Source of the DNA: Syntrophaceae bacterium UBA3084
Lineage (GTDB): Bacteria > Desulfobacterota > Syntrophia > Syntrophales > UBA6807
Direction of reading: 5' to 3'
DNA: 39,264 nucleotides
Assembly (NCBI GenBank): GCA_002367335.1
Contig: DFBI01000047.1
Span: forward strand, 1-39,264
Shown piece after piece: positions 38,709-39,264 of the stretch. The first letter of the stretch is position 1; every line of letters begins with the position of its first letter. A program made the position numbers and the translations under genes. The notes under the pieces were generated by a model. The model was not told the origin of the DNA and ran no database searches. It was given only the letters and a program-made list of their open reading frames with translations.

Positions 38709-38734
38709 ATATTCAAGCTATTTAACTGGGCAGG
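38454..38734 (-). mobile_element. putative GIY-YIG-carrying insertion element
   Basis: Inverted termini CCTGCCCAGTTAAATA and TATTTAACCGGG (minus strand) enclose the gene and interrupt a four-helix-bundle reading frame. Confidence 0.7.
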
Positions 38735-38878
38735 TATTCATAGATACGCTGGTGGAACTCGCTTCTATTTGCTCCAAGACGCTGTATCTGGGGGACGGAG
38801 TTAGTTTAATAGTTTAATATGTAACGTCCATCATTTTCTTTTATATTTAATACGTTGAAATAATTCATACCGTTCCAT

Positions 38879-39136
38879 TTATCTCAATGCTCTTCTGATT
38901 TTCTTCGGATCTTGACGGAGATCCAGAACTCTCTTAACTAAGATAAGATCCTGATTTTCCATGGTGTAGTAGATGGCATACGGGAATCTTTTTGAAAGTA
39001 ACCGATGATAACCAGCGACTTTCCGATGAATTCCGCTATACAGAACCAACGAGTCAATGTCAGAAAACAATGAATCAAAGAAGTAATCCCCTACCCCCAC
39101 ACCTCTATAATAACGAAATCCAGATGATTTTATCAA
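38879..39136 (-). pseudogene. RelE/ParE-family toxin, N-terminus apparently degenerate
   Basis: GDYFFDSLFSDIDSL, GYHRLLSKRFPYAIYY, VLDLRQDP; no SD or antitoxin evident upstream. Confidence 0.7.
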
Positions 39137-39264
39137 TCGGCTGATTATGTTAAACAGCCCAATATCTATAACCTTGCTAAATAATTGGATCTTTCATTAT
39201 GGTATAGTATAAATTAGCTTTCACCAAAATAATTAATACTATATCATAATAGAGCATTTTTTGT

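Larger units (their letters stand above)
38247..38789 (-). pseudogene. second four helix bundle gene, 5'-truncated and split by the GIY-YIG element
   Basis: 38735-38789 RYSVLEQIEASSTSVSMN and 38247-38450 GQGRFSKKEFVQYLYISRGSLYETMTLLEIF..MIKGLINS* lie either side of the conserved NIAEG position. Confidence 0.85.

Overview
Almost the whole window is one minus-strand surface-polysaccharide locus. In transcription order it has a GDP-linked legionaminic-acid-type block (legB, legC, acetyltransferase, neuB, neuC, CBS-nucleotidyltransferase), an oxidoreductase and a cytidylyltransferase-aminotransferase fusion. Then come wzx, tailoring enzymes, a wzy-like gene, glycosyltransferases, a carbamoyltransferase, two priming sugar transferases (one truncated), gmd, fcl, two epimerase/dehydratases and an sqdB-like gene. 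Overlaid on it is a second layer that the ORF track misses. (1) A four-helix-bundle (IVS-protein/bAvd-like) gene sits exactly between two long, mutually complementary 7-nt tandem arrays. At least eight sequence families of 7-nt arrays recur at gene junctions and in frame inside enzymes. (2) Small Y-shaped palindromic elements are inserted at a fixed position within the heptamers. A GIY-YIG nuclease gene is enclosed by the same termini and splits a second four-helix-bundle gene, so it is a candidate autonomous mobiliser. (3) A PIN toxin domain is fused in frame to LegC. (4) There are many gene stubs and rearrangement scars. Family assignments come from motif recognition only; no searches were run.
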